64,000 bases of DNA, taken from NCBI GenBank assembly GCA_973895155.1, contig OZ316894.1:2000457-2064456 (forward strand), read 5' to 3'. Shown one piece after another: positions 40,745 to 53,640 of this stretch. Source of the DNA: Marsupella aquatica. Taxonomy: Eukaryota; Plantae; Marchantiophyta. Position 1 is the stretch's first letter, and the number at the start of each line of letters is the position of its first letter. The translations under genes were made by a program, and so were the position numbers. The notes beneath the pieces are model-generated. The model was given only the letters and a program-made list of their open reading frames with translations. It was not told the DNA's origin and did not search any database.

Positions 40745-42020
40745 CTAATGACTTTGACTGCGCCCATGACCACCATAACCCATCCTCTCAGCAATGCGGC
40801 TAAAGAATCCGCCCTGGTTTACGCTTTCCTGTTGATCTCCAGACTTTGCTCGCTTGTCCTTCAAGTTCAAACCCTCCATGGCGGCTTCAGTGACCGCCTC
40901 CACCTCCTCATAGGCCCTGTCCAACATACCAGGAGCTTTGATTTCATCCGGACTGCTGACTTTTTTCGCTTTCGTGGCTCGGAGATCGTCCAGGGTCAAT
41001 TCGGACGAACTCTGTTGATCAAAGAGAATACAATCAGTTCTTTTCCCCAGTTTAAAAATTGCAATATAAATGATAAAACAAACACAAAAACAAAGTCCAA
41101 TGTTCAGCCTCGTTTTTTAAATAAACGAAGACATAATATAGGAGGGTCTACTCTAATAAGCTGTAATTCGCGGTCACGCAATCTCTCTGCTAAAGAAAAT
41201 CGTTTGATGCAACACAACAGCGGAGATCATCAGCACGTAAACTCATGTGAGCTTGAGCTTGAGAAACTGTTTTGCTACACTAAGTAGCTAATGGTGTAGC
41301 GAATCGTGAAATGAATGACTGAGCGACGGAACGAAGCAATGAGTGGAAGAATGAATCAGCGACTAACTGTACTTGAAGTCCAGGAGGACCCACAAATGAC
41401 AAAGGTGACCAAAATTCATGAGTCCGCGAGAGCATAGATTTTCTTTCATCTCTACTTCTCAGACTTGCTGGTAGAAGGAGACAGATAGGATACCCCTATT
41501 CAAGAATTCTGGCTTCCATGGAAAAACAGACCAGAGGAGATCACGGGGAACTAAAAACTAAAGACAACCCAGCAATTGAGGTGCAATGAACCACACTAAA
41601 AACTTCAGGGTCCAAAGAGAATCATACATTTTCCTTTACAGGTTTGAAGAGACTCTCAGACTGGCTTGAAGAGCCTTCCCTGTCACTCAAATCAGCTGAG
41701 CTATACGAAGAGAGTCCACCCTTCTCAGTGTCCTCTTCATAACCAGTGCCAAGCTCATCGCTACTGAGTTGCCCTCTCTTCTCGTCCGTCTCAACAGAGC
41801 TGTCCACAGGTTTCTTTATCCCTGCCGCTACATCTTTCGAAGAAACCGTTTCAGCATTCTCCGCCTGCTCTTTGGTCCCCAACAGGCTCTGCTGCAAGCG
41901 GGAAAGTATGCTCGACCCCTCAGGATTCGCATTCTGGGCGTGGACTGCATCTTTGGTTGAGACCTTATCCTCTGCTCCTGAGAATGATTCCTTCACTTCC
42001 TGCCTCTCAACTGACGCCAT
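40745..42020 (-). CDS. Hydrophilic S/E/K-rich uncharacterised protein (LEA/stress-protein-like), 219 aa
   Basis: Exons (-) 42020-41628 and 41011-40745 with a GT/AG phase-0 intron, 660 nt in frame. No Cys or Trp. The C-terminal DEIKAPGMLDRAYEEVEAV resembles, from recollection, a KAPNxFERAKEEVEA motif of a small plant family. Confidence 0.75.
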
Positions 42021-43498
42021 TCTACCCGTCCTCCACCTCCTTCTACTCCTGCTCTTGTTCCTCCTCCTACGTCTGTACTACCTTCCCCAAAAGTGGATTG
42101 TAACTAGCCCTGCCTCTTCCTCCTACTTCTGTACTACCTTCCCCAAGGTGGATTGTATTTACCGCTGCAATCCTCAGCCCATCAAACAGTAAGTAATCCT
42201 TCACCAAGACCCTCAAATCAGTTCGTTCCACCAGAAAGAAACATGATCACATCACCAGCGACTGATCCGTTGCGTTGCCGACACTATTAAAATGAAAAGG
42301 TTCATAGACTCCGGCAAACCCACATACCATGACAGAGCTCTTCGCCTTCCTACACAAGAATTTCGGACATCTCCGTCCTGACCGACCGACTTCTGTTCCG
42401 ATCACAGCTCAAATTGCTGGCTAGCAACCAAACATCCTCTAAGCCGATTGCCCCCTCCGTGTAATCAACCGCTAATCGACCAACAAGCTCAATTTGCTGA
42501 CTACAAATGACACATTTTCTACCTCGAGAATCGTCTCCCCGCACCAATGGACTTCTCTTTGAATCACAGCAATCGAACAGTCTTGAGGTCTTCTCGACCA
42601 AGAAGCATAAATTTCTGGACGGTCACGATGCCACATTCGACAATGACTATGCCTCCGTAGCCGTTAGATTTCGAGCTTCTTGCCGGGAGGGTAACGAATA
42701 ACTGATGGGCACGTGCCAGACGAGTAATTCTCACGGCGAGTTTGGTCCGAATAGGACACATTTTCTGATGACTTGGCAATGGGAGGGAGGAGATGACGCG
42801 ACACCTGGACATGAACGAGTTGTGGCTGGCCAGCTGGACTGGTCGATTAACTGCCAAGCCACACAGGCAGCATGTTTAGAGATTTGTGAGATTCCCATGG
42901 ACTCTCTTCTCTCTCTACCACTAAAATTGTTGAATTTTCAGAGAATTTTGTTTTCTGGGAAAGAATTTGTCAGACTGACGTCTTCTGAGAAATATATTAA
43001 AATTTTACTTGTGTGGCATACATACATACACGTTATAAATTTTGTAAATATATTCAACTTTTTTCCAACTTTCACAAACACTTTGGCGGAACTTGCTCTT
43101 CTAAAAACACAAGAACTCTAGTTTCCACTGGTTTCCAGTAATTATTTATTTTTTCCGAGCCTACTCATCCTATTGTAATAGTTTCATGTTAAACTGCCAT
43201 CTATCTCTAACGTCTAGATCCACCAGGTTTCTATTGATAAGACCCCAAACATGGTATAATTGGTGCTACAATGTCTGGGGGCAGAGGGGGGAGATTGAGG
43301 TGCATGGGCTTTGGCTTTTTTGGTTTTCTATGGCCAGGGGCGATTTAGGGACTACTGTAGATTGTAATTGCTAAATATGTCTGCGTGGTAGCCAGAAGAG
43401 CGAACCTGGGGAACAACTGGGGCCAGTACACCCCTCTAACGAACAGCTCACATCATAGTTAACATACCAGTAGCGAGTCAATCAAAGGCCATAAATTA

Positions 43499-43828
43499 AC
43501 CAATTGGCTTAGGTCAATTGGCTAGAGGATTTGCCTGGAACTGAACGGTCCTAGGTTCAATCCTCCTCCACACACTGGGGTGTGGAGAGTATATGTGTGT
43601 GGGTGGGATGGATTTTGTGGATAGTGGATTGGAATTCTGATTATTTACTCGGACCCTGGTAGTACACTTTGTGACCCTGATTTAATCCTCTCTCCTTCCT
43701 GGTGCGGGTCCCTGTCTTATCCATTGAGGCTCACTCTGGTCTGGGTTCACTACAGAAAAATTGTCACATTGGGATGAGGGGAGTCTATATGTATTTCCTC
43801 CCCATTTCCATTCAAAACAAAAAAAAAA
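43499..43828 (+). mobile_element. tRNA-derived SINE, about 330 bp, with poly-A tail and 16-bp TSD
   Basis: A-box taggtcaattgg, B-box ggttcaatcc, tail caaaacaaaaaaaaaa. Flanking repeats caaaggccataaatta (43483-43498) and caaagaccataaatta (43829-43844) differ by one mismatch. Confidence 0.88.
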
Positions 43829-44737
43829 CAAAGACCATAAATTATACAGTGGTGACAATCAGGTTCCCGCATACAGTACACAAAAAGCTATATATTAGTT
43901 CTTTTCATTTCAATTTATAACACAATGTCATAATATATTTTTCTAGATTTCATTTTTTACTTTTAAAATAATGTGTTCAAAAAACAGTTTACAATCTTAC
44001 TTATAAAGCACAAGGGAAGCTAGGGTCAGGGTCTAGGCTTCTAGAGTGAAGACTCTGGACTTTGACTCTAGGGCCCACCAATATTTATGCACATGGAAAG
44101 AATATGTGGAGAGAATGATGTATGTTTAATGATGGTTTTTGTGATCAAGCGTGGGCATTGAGACTCGTATGACTAAATATACATGTGAACTCTTTTCCAT
44201 ATTTAACAATGAAAAGGGGGACAATTTTTTGATAAGGCCCAAACAAAGTCCAGCTTTATTTTTTTGAGGACAACACAAAACACAAAAGAACAGGGTAATG
44301 AAATTCAATTCTACCTAAGCAAAATGATGCTGGAAAATTTACTAAAATACTGCCCCAGGACCTCCAATTTTCAATAATATTTATAGATTGTGGGAACTTG
44401 ATCATCCCTCTTGTAATAGTTCCACATCAAGGACTACTGTAGCTTATGCTTAACTGTTTGTTGCGCGAACCTGATGGTCCCTATGGTAATTTCACATAGT
44501 ATACTAGGTTTCAGTCTCGATCCTACTGGACAAATTTCTCGAAAGTTTCAGCAAACCTTTCCATGGTGTACTGAATTTGGGATTGGGAAGGAGAAAATAC
44601 CTTGCGGGGTTTATTGCATAGGAACAGTGAGAGAGACTTAATTGAATTTCGCGACTGTAGAAACCATTTATCTCGTTTGTGGATGGCTATGGAAACTTCG
44701 CGACTGTAGAAACCATTGATCTCGTTTGTGGGTGGCT

Positions 44738-45479
44738 ATGGAAACAGCAGGTTCCAAAGACATGGCGGAGTCGAACCAATCTAAGCAATCGAAGTCCCAA
44801 CCCGTGTGCAAGCGTTGCAAGAACACCTTCGACAAGGCATCCAACACGTCCTCGTCCTGCCGCTTCCATCCTTCCTTCTTTGTCTGTCGTTGGCACGATG
44901 ATCAAACGAGGTAGGTGTAAAACCTCCTTGCCCTCTCGTCCATCAGAATTCTTCATCTGGCTGCCTTTCGGCATATGCTATCTATGATAGTTTGGGACTT
45001 TTTAGCTAGAAGGAGCAGAGGAATTTGGGTTTAGTGTTTTTATCTGAATCTTTTGAATCCAGGGTTGCCACTACGAAAATGATCACAATGTCAACATCAA
45101 GAATTATTCATTTCAATCACGATTTGACACATCCACGATGATTGCATTGATCCTCTGAAATTAATCATTCCGCTCTTCTAAGCATCAACCTGCAATTGGA
45201 ATTCTCGTTGACATCCCATAGGACAACAAATTCGTCACTAGGACGTTTCTGGGGCTCAGTGATGATGTTTGTGGAGAGGGTCGATGACCTGGTTTGGTTT
45301 CTCAGAGGTGCAGGGTAGGTTGACTGGCGTACTGGTATTCCGTGGTAAACAGGTACTATGAATTGAAGCCAGACGATCCACCGTATGAGGCAAAGTTCTA
45401 TGACTGTTGTGGGGCAGAGGATGTGGAAGCTCCTGGCTGTACGACTTCAGTCCACACTTCTTATGACGACGATAGTTAA
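44738..45479 (+). CDS. Small Cys/His zinc-binding protein (CHORD/Btk-like finger), 91-99 aa
   Basis: Exons 44738 (or ATG 44762)-44910 and 45353-45479 join in frame: CKRCKNTF...SCRFHPSFFVCRWHDDQTR/YYELKPDDPPYEAKFYDCCGAED...GCTTSVH. The ligand pattern is CxxC, C-x2-H, CC, C-x4-H. Confidence 0.88.
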
Positions 45480-47935
45480 TGCATCAGTCCACACTTCTTA
45501 TGACGACGACAGTTAACGCATGGCTGGTGATAACGGTAAGTGGACACTCTTCACTCTATAGCGACCTGAGAATTGCATGTCATTTCTCAACCTTGTGGGC
45601 ATAGACTTACAGCAAGCGGTTTTGGACTCAGGAGGGTCTGCTCATGGGGAGAACAAGCGCTTAACTTGCTCACATCTTTAGATTAACAAGTTTGTATATA
45701 GCTTTGAACTCACTCAAGTCTTTGGGGAATCAATAAACTTTAAGATTCATTTATGGCTTAAAGTGGCAAGATAGGGTTGTGGAAGCCTACCGTTTCGGAG
45801 AAACACGGAATCTAATGGACCTATATCAGGGAAGGCCAAGAGTGCATCTTAAGTATGCTTGTTAGAAGTGGGGAAGGACATAGTCAGGAGCAGTTGTTGA
45901 TCGACCAAAACCAGTATCGTTTCAATAGTGGTAAAATAGACTAGAGGCTTCCGACATATTCTAAATGGGCAGTAGCACCAGACGAAGTGTTGGATACTGA
46001 GAAAAATCAGAACTGTCATAGTTTTCTGTCCAGGAATGTACTAGTGGCCGTTTCAGGCACAAAATTGCTTCTCTCAGCAGCTGACTAAGGAGTTGATGTT
46101 CAAAGGAACAGAGCCATGTAGAAAGATATGATTCATATAATAATTACTTGTCCACTCATGGACTGGCTGTGAAATGGGTTTATAATGGACAGTATCTGAA
46201 GGAAAACGTACGGTGAAGTCCGCTGTGAAATGGTTTTGTATTTGACAGCATGTGAAGGAAAACATATGCTGAAGAGGACGAGCTGGTGACAAATACGTAA
46301 CTTGTTGGGTCAATGTCAGATCACTGAGGTTGGTCCTGGACATTTTTGTCAATTTCATCCAGTTCTTGAAAAAGTTGTTGTACTGTAGAATCTGCGTTTT
46401 CAAAGCAAGGAGGAGACGAGGTGATCATCAGTTTCTTTTCATTTGGGAGAAACTCACTTGCCTATCTGCCACATTAGCTAATTTCTTTCCTCAGAGCGGT
46501 CAAGTATTTCTAGCTGAAATGTGAGTCGACTCCCTGGAGACAAGGACTACATTTGATAGAAATCAAAGGATTCTGGCCTATTCAATTGTTATCAGACGCT
46601 CTCTCGCCGCATTGGGGTTTATGTCCTATGTCCCTTCTGGACCGTGAACTTCAATTTGTTCATTCTTTCTTTTTAGGTAGAGTGATGGACCCTAGGACTC
46701 TAACTCACCACAAGAGATGCAAAGAATCTCTAAAAGCGTAAGCATCAGACAGTGCAGGTATGTAGTTTGTTTTTTAAAGATGGATGCTCCGTACATAATA
46801 TCAATGGATATAGTTTCCTGGTAGACTCCATCTCCAGTAGATGTTACTTGCCATCTGCAGCGTTTCATGAGAGATTTGCAGACAGCTTTACCATTTTCAT
46901 TAGCGGAGACGGTCCATAACCCCCCTACCAAACTACAGATTTTGCATTCTTGGCTACAGAACTGCAATGCCCCGGAGGGCAAGTAATATTTCCTAACGAC
47001 GTGCACACAGTTATAGGACCCTAGTTTACAATATGAAAAAGGGCTGCTTTCCTCTCCACTCCAAGCAACGCCACAATTACTGACCCAGTAAATATTGGTG
47101 CCTTCGCTCCATTTTCTTCAAATGGCAGGAAAAAATGACATACATAGATGAGTAGACTTCATCCGTCGGTACATGTTCATATCCTGGCAAGAAGCAAATT
47201 CTACATACTTGGATTGATTTGCTTTCCTTCAGCAATCCCGAAGGTGAACGAACAATCACAACTCTACACAACACAGTTTCTCTCCGGCCAGCTGCGGTGC
47301 CTATTCCCGTTTTCCAATTTTGGCCGAAATAGTAACAAAATTCTATTTGTCAGAGCTTTGACACTATCTTCTACAGTTGAAGTGCTTCTCAATTAAGTCA
47401 TCTCTACAGTAGTCATCTCTTACAGTAACGTCGTGACGCTCATTCGCTTTCTAGCAGTTATAGCGAAACGAAGCAATACCACGACTGTTTCACTGCACAA
47501 TACACAATGGATCGGCTGGGACATGATTCATGTACTAAGGCCCAGATTGTGCACTTCCTTGCAAAAATCAAGCAGCCAACGTATGTCATTGTATGATTAA
47601 TTGGGTTATTTATTGGAGTAGATGTACACCGATAATAGGGTGATCAATTATTTTTGGAGCGGTAAATTTACACGATTTGGCCTAGGTCCCTTTCGTTGTG
47701 CCGATTTTGACTGGTTAAGATCTGTCATTGCATTGGTACATGCCCGTCGCAGCTTTTGGTCCCTCAGAGCTTCACACACTCACTTATAGCGAACTGTGGG
47801 ATTCTTCAAAATCTAAGCTGAGTAGATTTGCTTCTAAGAGGTAACAGGAGGGCGATTGGCAAGAGAAATTTGTACTTGCGCTAATTTCCAGCACTAATGG
47901 GTTAAAATTGTATCTACGGGGGGTTTTGAATTAGT

Positions 47936-50903
47936 CTACTGTGTATATAACATACGCGGACTCGACTGAATCGCTTTCACCAGGGACTCTAGGCTACTAT
48001 GTGACGATCCGCCAGGTGAGATGGCCTCTCGTGCGTTCTTTTGAAGATCCAACGTCCTCTCCTTTAATTCCTTTCCTAGAGTTTCCATCAACTTCTTGAT
48101 GCCCTTCTCCACCTCTACTCGCTCCACTACCCCGCCGGGGCCCTTCTCGATCTCTACAGCCACCTTCGCCTCATCCACGAGAATTCTGCAAAATTGAAGG
48201 TCGTCACTTACATTCTTAAACAAATTCGCAAACATAGATGAATGGATGAATGTATGCAGAGGACGACTCCCTGCCCAGACCCTGGTCCTTTGGTGGGTTC
48301 CTAGTTCCCAGTTCCTACTATAACCTTGAAAAACTACCTCCTAATTGTCTAGCACATGGACTTCAGTGGCGATGCCCATTCCACATCCTTCAGATTTGGC
48401 ACAATAGATTATTTATCCAAGAAGATTTGCAAATACCGCAATCTACTGTACTAAATCAACCATTGAGGTCGTAGACCTTACTCTAGTGAACTTCATTATC
48501 TCCAAGCTGTTACAAATTTGTATTTTGGCAATTTAAAAAGACTCTAATCTTTGCATTATCAAGTTCACGTCACGAGGATTGCTGTACCTGCAGTTAAGTC
48601 CTTGCTCGGCGTGCATGGGCCATGCCAGCATTGGAACGCCTCTGCATATGCTTTCGAGACAAGAATTCCAACCGCAGTGAGTGAGGAAACCGCCAGTCGC
48701 ATGATGTGACAGTATTTGCAACTGTGGGGCGAACTCAGTGTAGACGAGACCACGGTCCTTGGTACGCTCTCGAAATCCCGAAGGGAGAAGGTCATTCACA
48801 TTCGCAGGGGGTTCACCGTTCTTCGGCTTTTGCACTCTGAGAATCCACAGAAAAGAAACTTGGCTGGACTCCAGACCGTGAGCCAGCTCCAGAATTTGGC
48901 CTGGTTCGAGATATGCCATGCTTCCAAAGGCCACATACAGAACAGTGCGCTCGGCCCTTGCATTAAGCCACTGAATAGTTTCTGAGTCGCCCTTACTGCC
49001 TCTGAAAGTCTCTTGGCTGAAAAATTCAGCTGGCAACATTGGACCGATAGGGTAAATCTTGGTCGCCTGCAAGATACGAAATTGGAAAACACATCAGTTC
49101 AGTTTCATAACTAAAATATAAGCAGGTGAGATACGATCCGAAGGATACAGTCTGGAAACTCCGTAGGTAAGATTGAACATGAACGGTCACTACAGGTCGT
49201 GAATTTGAAGTCCGTCTGTTCATTCCTTAAATCATGCTAGCCTCGATTAGGTACATTGCCACCGGTAAACCGCGTGACAGTTTCAAGCTCACTCACCGTT
49301 TCTCGCTTGCTTGTAGCTTCTAATTCGCCCTGCAAAGTATCAATTGCTCTTGGTTCAAGCTCGTACAGACTGTTGATTAGGATGCCAGCACTCTCTTTGA
49401 AAGTGTCCCCATTCTCGTACAAGAATTTCGGCAATTTAGCCGCCAGTGGCGGCAGATCGCTCATCCTCAGGTTTGGAGTCCCAGGACATTGTAGCAGGGG
49501 ATTTGGATCCCTCCCTTTCAGTAAACCCTTCGCAATTAAGCCCGAAAAATTATTCATGACCAGCCCAAAGGTTGCTGGAGATGGGCATGAGACATATCTT
49601 GGCATCTCGAGCTTGTCTGCCCATTCCTGCACAAGTCGATCATCGTTTCATTCACCCTCATTTTTTTTGCCTCGAAAAAACTCATTGAACTACATCCAAA
49701 AAGCCAGCATACAGAAGGGGTGGCCCACAGAGGGGGTCGGCACCCGGGGGGACCAAAGATCGACAGGCCAAAAACCGGAGAGGCCGGCACCAGGAAAGAA
49801 GCCAAAACCAGAAGGAAAAGCTAAACTAGAAATTTAGCTACTGCAGAAGGAGCAGTCTGGGCTCCAAATGAAGCCTCATCTTGAAGCCCTCAAATGCATG
49901 ACCCTGACATTTGATCAGCCACTCTCTTTACAACTCATGTACTTCCTCACCAGTCGCTCCTAAGTGAACCTTGAACTTATTGGACTGAGCGAGCCAGTCT
50001 GCCTTTAGTACAACTGAGGTATTTCTTGCTGTTGACGGGATCAGTCCTAGAGCTAAAGCTCATGACTGACAGAACGGAAGTAAAGTAGTTCCGGTGCGAT
50101 CTCAAAGCTGTGAACTACCCCAGGGAAGAATATTGAGACTGAACAGTACTGACAAGGTGCAGAGTGGCACCATGAGCAAGAGTGAAGGGTTGGCACGGTT
50201 GCAGGGGAGGAAGGAGAGAAGAGTTTCATTCAGTCTTTCTGCGACCGATGCCCTCATTGGCCACGGGCCTGGTAGGTTTTCAACTCTTCAGCAAATCCGG
50301 GGAGACTGAAACCTATCGAAAAAACAGGGTAAACCAGCATCTAAAACAAGAATGATAAAGCTGATGGTCCACGCAGGCCAATTTATCTACGCACAATCGT
50401 CTAGAATCTAAAGACAACAAATGGTTTGCTGGCAGTGATAAGGCTCGTGTGGACACATTTGACTCTTGGTGTTAGAGAACAGATCCGTTTCCACTTCCCG
50501 CCCACTCGCACACAAGCAAATTATGATTTTCTTCAAAGTAACTCACCAGAGTCCAAGCTTGAAACATGTCAGCTATTATACACTTTGGTACTGGCGCACC
50601 AGATTTCCAGTCTGCCAGTAGCGTGTTGAAGTAAGAATCGCAAGCCTTCTCTGTGTTCACCGCTATCCAAATCGGAAATTTAATGTTCGTAGCCGGCACT
50701 AATTGAATACTCAACCCTTCCACCTGTTCTTCTATGTCTGCATCAATGAGTGCTCGCAGATCCTCTTGGATGACCATCGTACTTGTAATGCCGTATTTCA
50801 GAAGCCCTTTCGCTACGTATATCATTGGATCAATGTGCCCTTTCAGCCCAGTCGGTATCATGAGCACGTCTCCGTAGCCTCTAAATTTCAATTGGTCACC
50901 CAT
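47936..50903 (-). CDS. Family 1 UDP-glycosyltransferase, 471 aa
   Basis: Exons (-) 50903-50547, 49626-49297, 49066-48588 and 48185-47936 join in frame (1416 nt). Catalytic His in KGHIDP, CIIAD, VLYVAFGS, PSPG box FAPQLQILSH...GFLTHCGWNSCLESICRGVPMLAWPMHAEQ, and terminal GGSS. Confidence 0.95.
49662..50040 (-). mobile_element. LINE-like 3' fragment in UGT intron 1
   Basis: On the minus strand it ends ...gttcaatgagttttttcgaggc followed by poly-A. The 3' block (aggggtggcccaca.agggggtc...cacc) is shared with 58940-59030. The 5' limit is approximate. Confidence 0.5.
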
Positions 50904-52979
50904 GGCTGAAACGATCGACTCAGGACCGGTAAAAGGCGGATACCTGAAACATCCGAGATCAAAAGTACGTTAAGAATCGCTTCTGTAATCACTTGCAACC
51001 AACGAAGTCGTCATCTGAGAAATGTATTTGCTCCGTGAAGACTTCACCGAAGCAACGGAAAGAAGACGCCATTTTGTCCCTACTTAGTAACGTACCAATA
51101 AGTACCATCGTTGGCCAATTACTCCTGCTAGTATCCGTTTGAAGTGTCCCTTTACACTTCTATACCTTCACCTCCACAAAGGCCTAACGCACATCCCGCG
51201 TTCGCTTCTGTTCTATTGTAAGATTCACCCTCGACTTCATTTCGGAAGGCCTCGGCGAAAAGACTGTTCCACATGCTCTATGCTGTCCATGAACTCATCC
51301 TAGACATGCAGACCCGTAGGCCAAAGGAGAGAGAAAGAAGCTCTATCCTCCCGATCAACTCATCGTAGACATGCGCACAGCTAGGCTATAGGAATGAGAA
51401 GGATTCGGAAGGACGGAGGCGTGCTTACACCCACAATTTATTAGCACGATGCTAGGATGACCAAACGAACTACCCAAGAGTTTCATTTATTGCCATCGTG
51501 ATCTAGTGGGTCATTCCAATTGTCCGTGCTTCCTTGCAGATTTCCACCCACAGGCAATCTCCGATCCAGAAATTGGAGTTTGTCATATAGAACCCCCCGT
51601 AACAGGGACGGTGACTGAGATCCTGACCGACAGATCACATGGTCCACACATGTACAAAAACAGGGCATTGCCAACTTCTCCTGAGGACTCCCCACGCTGA
51701 GCCAGAGCTTCTCAAGAATGTTCGGTGACAACCGCTTAGAATAACACACAATCCACTCTGACGTAAACAACTCCATTTGTCCGAAGGGAAATTACAGTTT
51801 CGAAGACACTGTTCAGTAAAGACTTCCATGTATCGGTATTGCGGGATCTCTTAGAAAAGTTCACAATTGAGCCCTAATAAAATTTCAACCCCCGACGGCG
51901 GACATTCAGTTCAGTGTATGAGCGAAACCAAACCAGCAGTCAGCATACTTACCGTTGAACCATTGCCTCAACGAAGGACTTCTGTGGAGTCTCCCTTCCT
52001 TTCAGTAGTCCCAGACAAGCTCAATTCGCACTCGCACTGAAGAGCAATGCCTCCCGAGTTTGTGTATCCCAAAATGAGCTACCTCGAGGGTAGCTAGGAA
52101 CTCTGGGAGGACGGCTGTCCTTGCCAGCGAACAAAAACTTCTAAGGACTGCAAATTCTCACCCATCTTTCATCGACCTCGTCGACGCACTGAGTTCACTC
52201 AATCACTCTAGAGATTAGCATAGCATATTGCAGGCTCTCTACGTCAACTCGACAGTAGGTCTTTCTTTCAAAGTAATTTAATCGGCTGTTGCACAGAACG
52301 CCTCCAATATGTCGCGCTGGAGGTCTACAGACCAGGAACTTAGAGAACGGTCAGGACACCAATAAATATCTGTCTAAGTACTGAATTTGGATCGCCCACT
52401 CATTCCATCAATCCATCGTAAAGAAGCCGACTGTTGTAATGAATCCAACCAGCCATGACACGGAAAACAGAAAACCTGTCAGCTACATGAACATACAACG
52501 TGAGAGGTTCATTAATTCCCCATCGATTCGAGTCATACCAGAATCGAATGGAAGCAGCAGAAAAGGTCGTTGTCGTAGCAGGTTTGGTCCACGCGGCTCT
52601 GCACTCCACTCCACCCTGAAGTTTACTAATAACTAAAACTTCCAATCCAAAGCTTCCCACCAGATGGCTTGAATTGGGACCTCCGAACATGTACCTCGGT
52701 TCGGTGGCTCTGTGTCATTCACTTGCCACTTCACTCCACCTCTCGTAAAGTAGTAGAGTACTGCTGCCGGACGGAAGGACATTACTAGTTTTCTAGGGAC
52801 CTCCATCGCCGTCGCCACCGCCACCGCCCCCACCGTACGTCCTCATTATACACCTCTTGTGAGCAGCCTCACAGCAGTCAGCAGAGCTCAGGAAGGTTAT
52901 CTGAATGGACGTGTTTACGAAGTGCTCAGCGAAACATTCAGTAGATTTTTTTGTTTTCCAAGTACTACACAAGGAAAAA

Positions 52980-53640
52980 TACATAATTTTTACAGAAAAG
53001 TGCCAAATAGAGTACAAAAGAATAAACAAGAGAGGTCCCATGCAAAACCAAACCCAAAAGAAGTGAGCAAAAGGAATAACTAAAAGAAGTGAACAAAAGA
53101 AATAACTAAAAGAAGTGAGCAAAAGGAAACCCTTACAAACCAAAAAAGAGGAACTAAAAAAAATACCGCAAATGGACCGAGGTCCTCATCATTCCTAGCA
53201 AATGTGGCAAAAGTTAAGGGTCTACATCAAGTATCGAAACTAAATCGGCAAGTGGGATTGGAATGTCCTCTAGGGGGGCTAGCCGCTGCGGAGTCACGCT
53301 AGCACCCACTGTCAAAGACCGACGATAGATGGCCCGAGCTTTAGCACGCTATAAGGTGACTGAAATGCGTTGACGAAAGTGCGTGGTCAAAACAGATAGC
53401 GGGGGTCCGGTGGGACCCATCCGGCTGTGAACATCCCGAGCAGCTTGGCGAAGAAGCCCGTCGAACTAATGATGGAGACGCACAAATATCTCAAGAGCAA
53501 AGGGCAGGAAGCTATCAGATGACGCTTGTGCAGCATATTTGGCCTCCTTCATTGTTGTTGCTTGTGATGCTGCTGCCCCTGCCGTTGTTACCGCTGTCCC
53601 AATGATGTCTTGGGCGCAATGGGTTTGCCACCACTACATC
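52980..53640 (-). mobile_element. Decayed, 5'-truncated copy of the CRE-type non-LTR retrotransposon
   Basis: The reverse complement aligns continuously with about 59591-60255 (gatg.tggtggcaaacccattgcg..., atgggtcccaccggacccccg, aggaatgatgaggacctc). It carries stops and a +1 indel. Confidence 0.92.

Noticed and set aside
40583-41287. 234-aa plus-strand ORF
   Set aside because: Antisense shadow across exon 2 and the intron of the minus-strand hydrophilic gene, with no true ATG context or motif.
43500-43575. Functional tRNA gene
   Set aside because: It has A/B boxes but no convincing acceptor stem, and continues into a body, poly-A and TSD, so it is a SINE.
45255-45330. Intronic box C/D snoRNA
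   Set aside because: A box C-like gtgatga is present, but there is no properly placed CTGA box D or terminal stem.
13557-50903. Biosynthetic gene cluster (GDSL, GNAT, UGT)
   Set aside because: There is no scaffold-forming enzyme, the GNAT is the housekeeping NAA50, and the genes are separated by unrelated housekeeping and meiotic genes.
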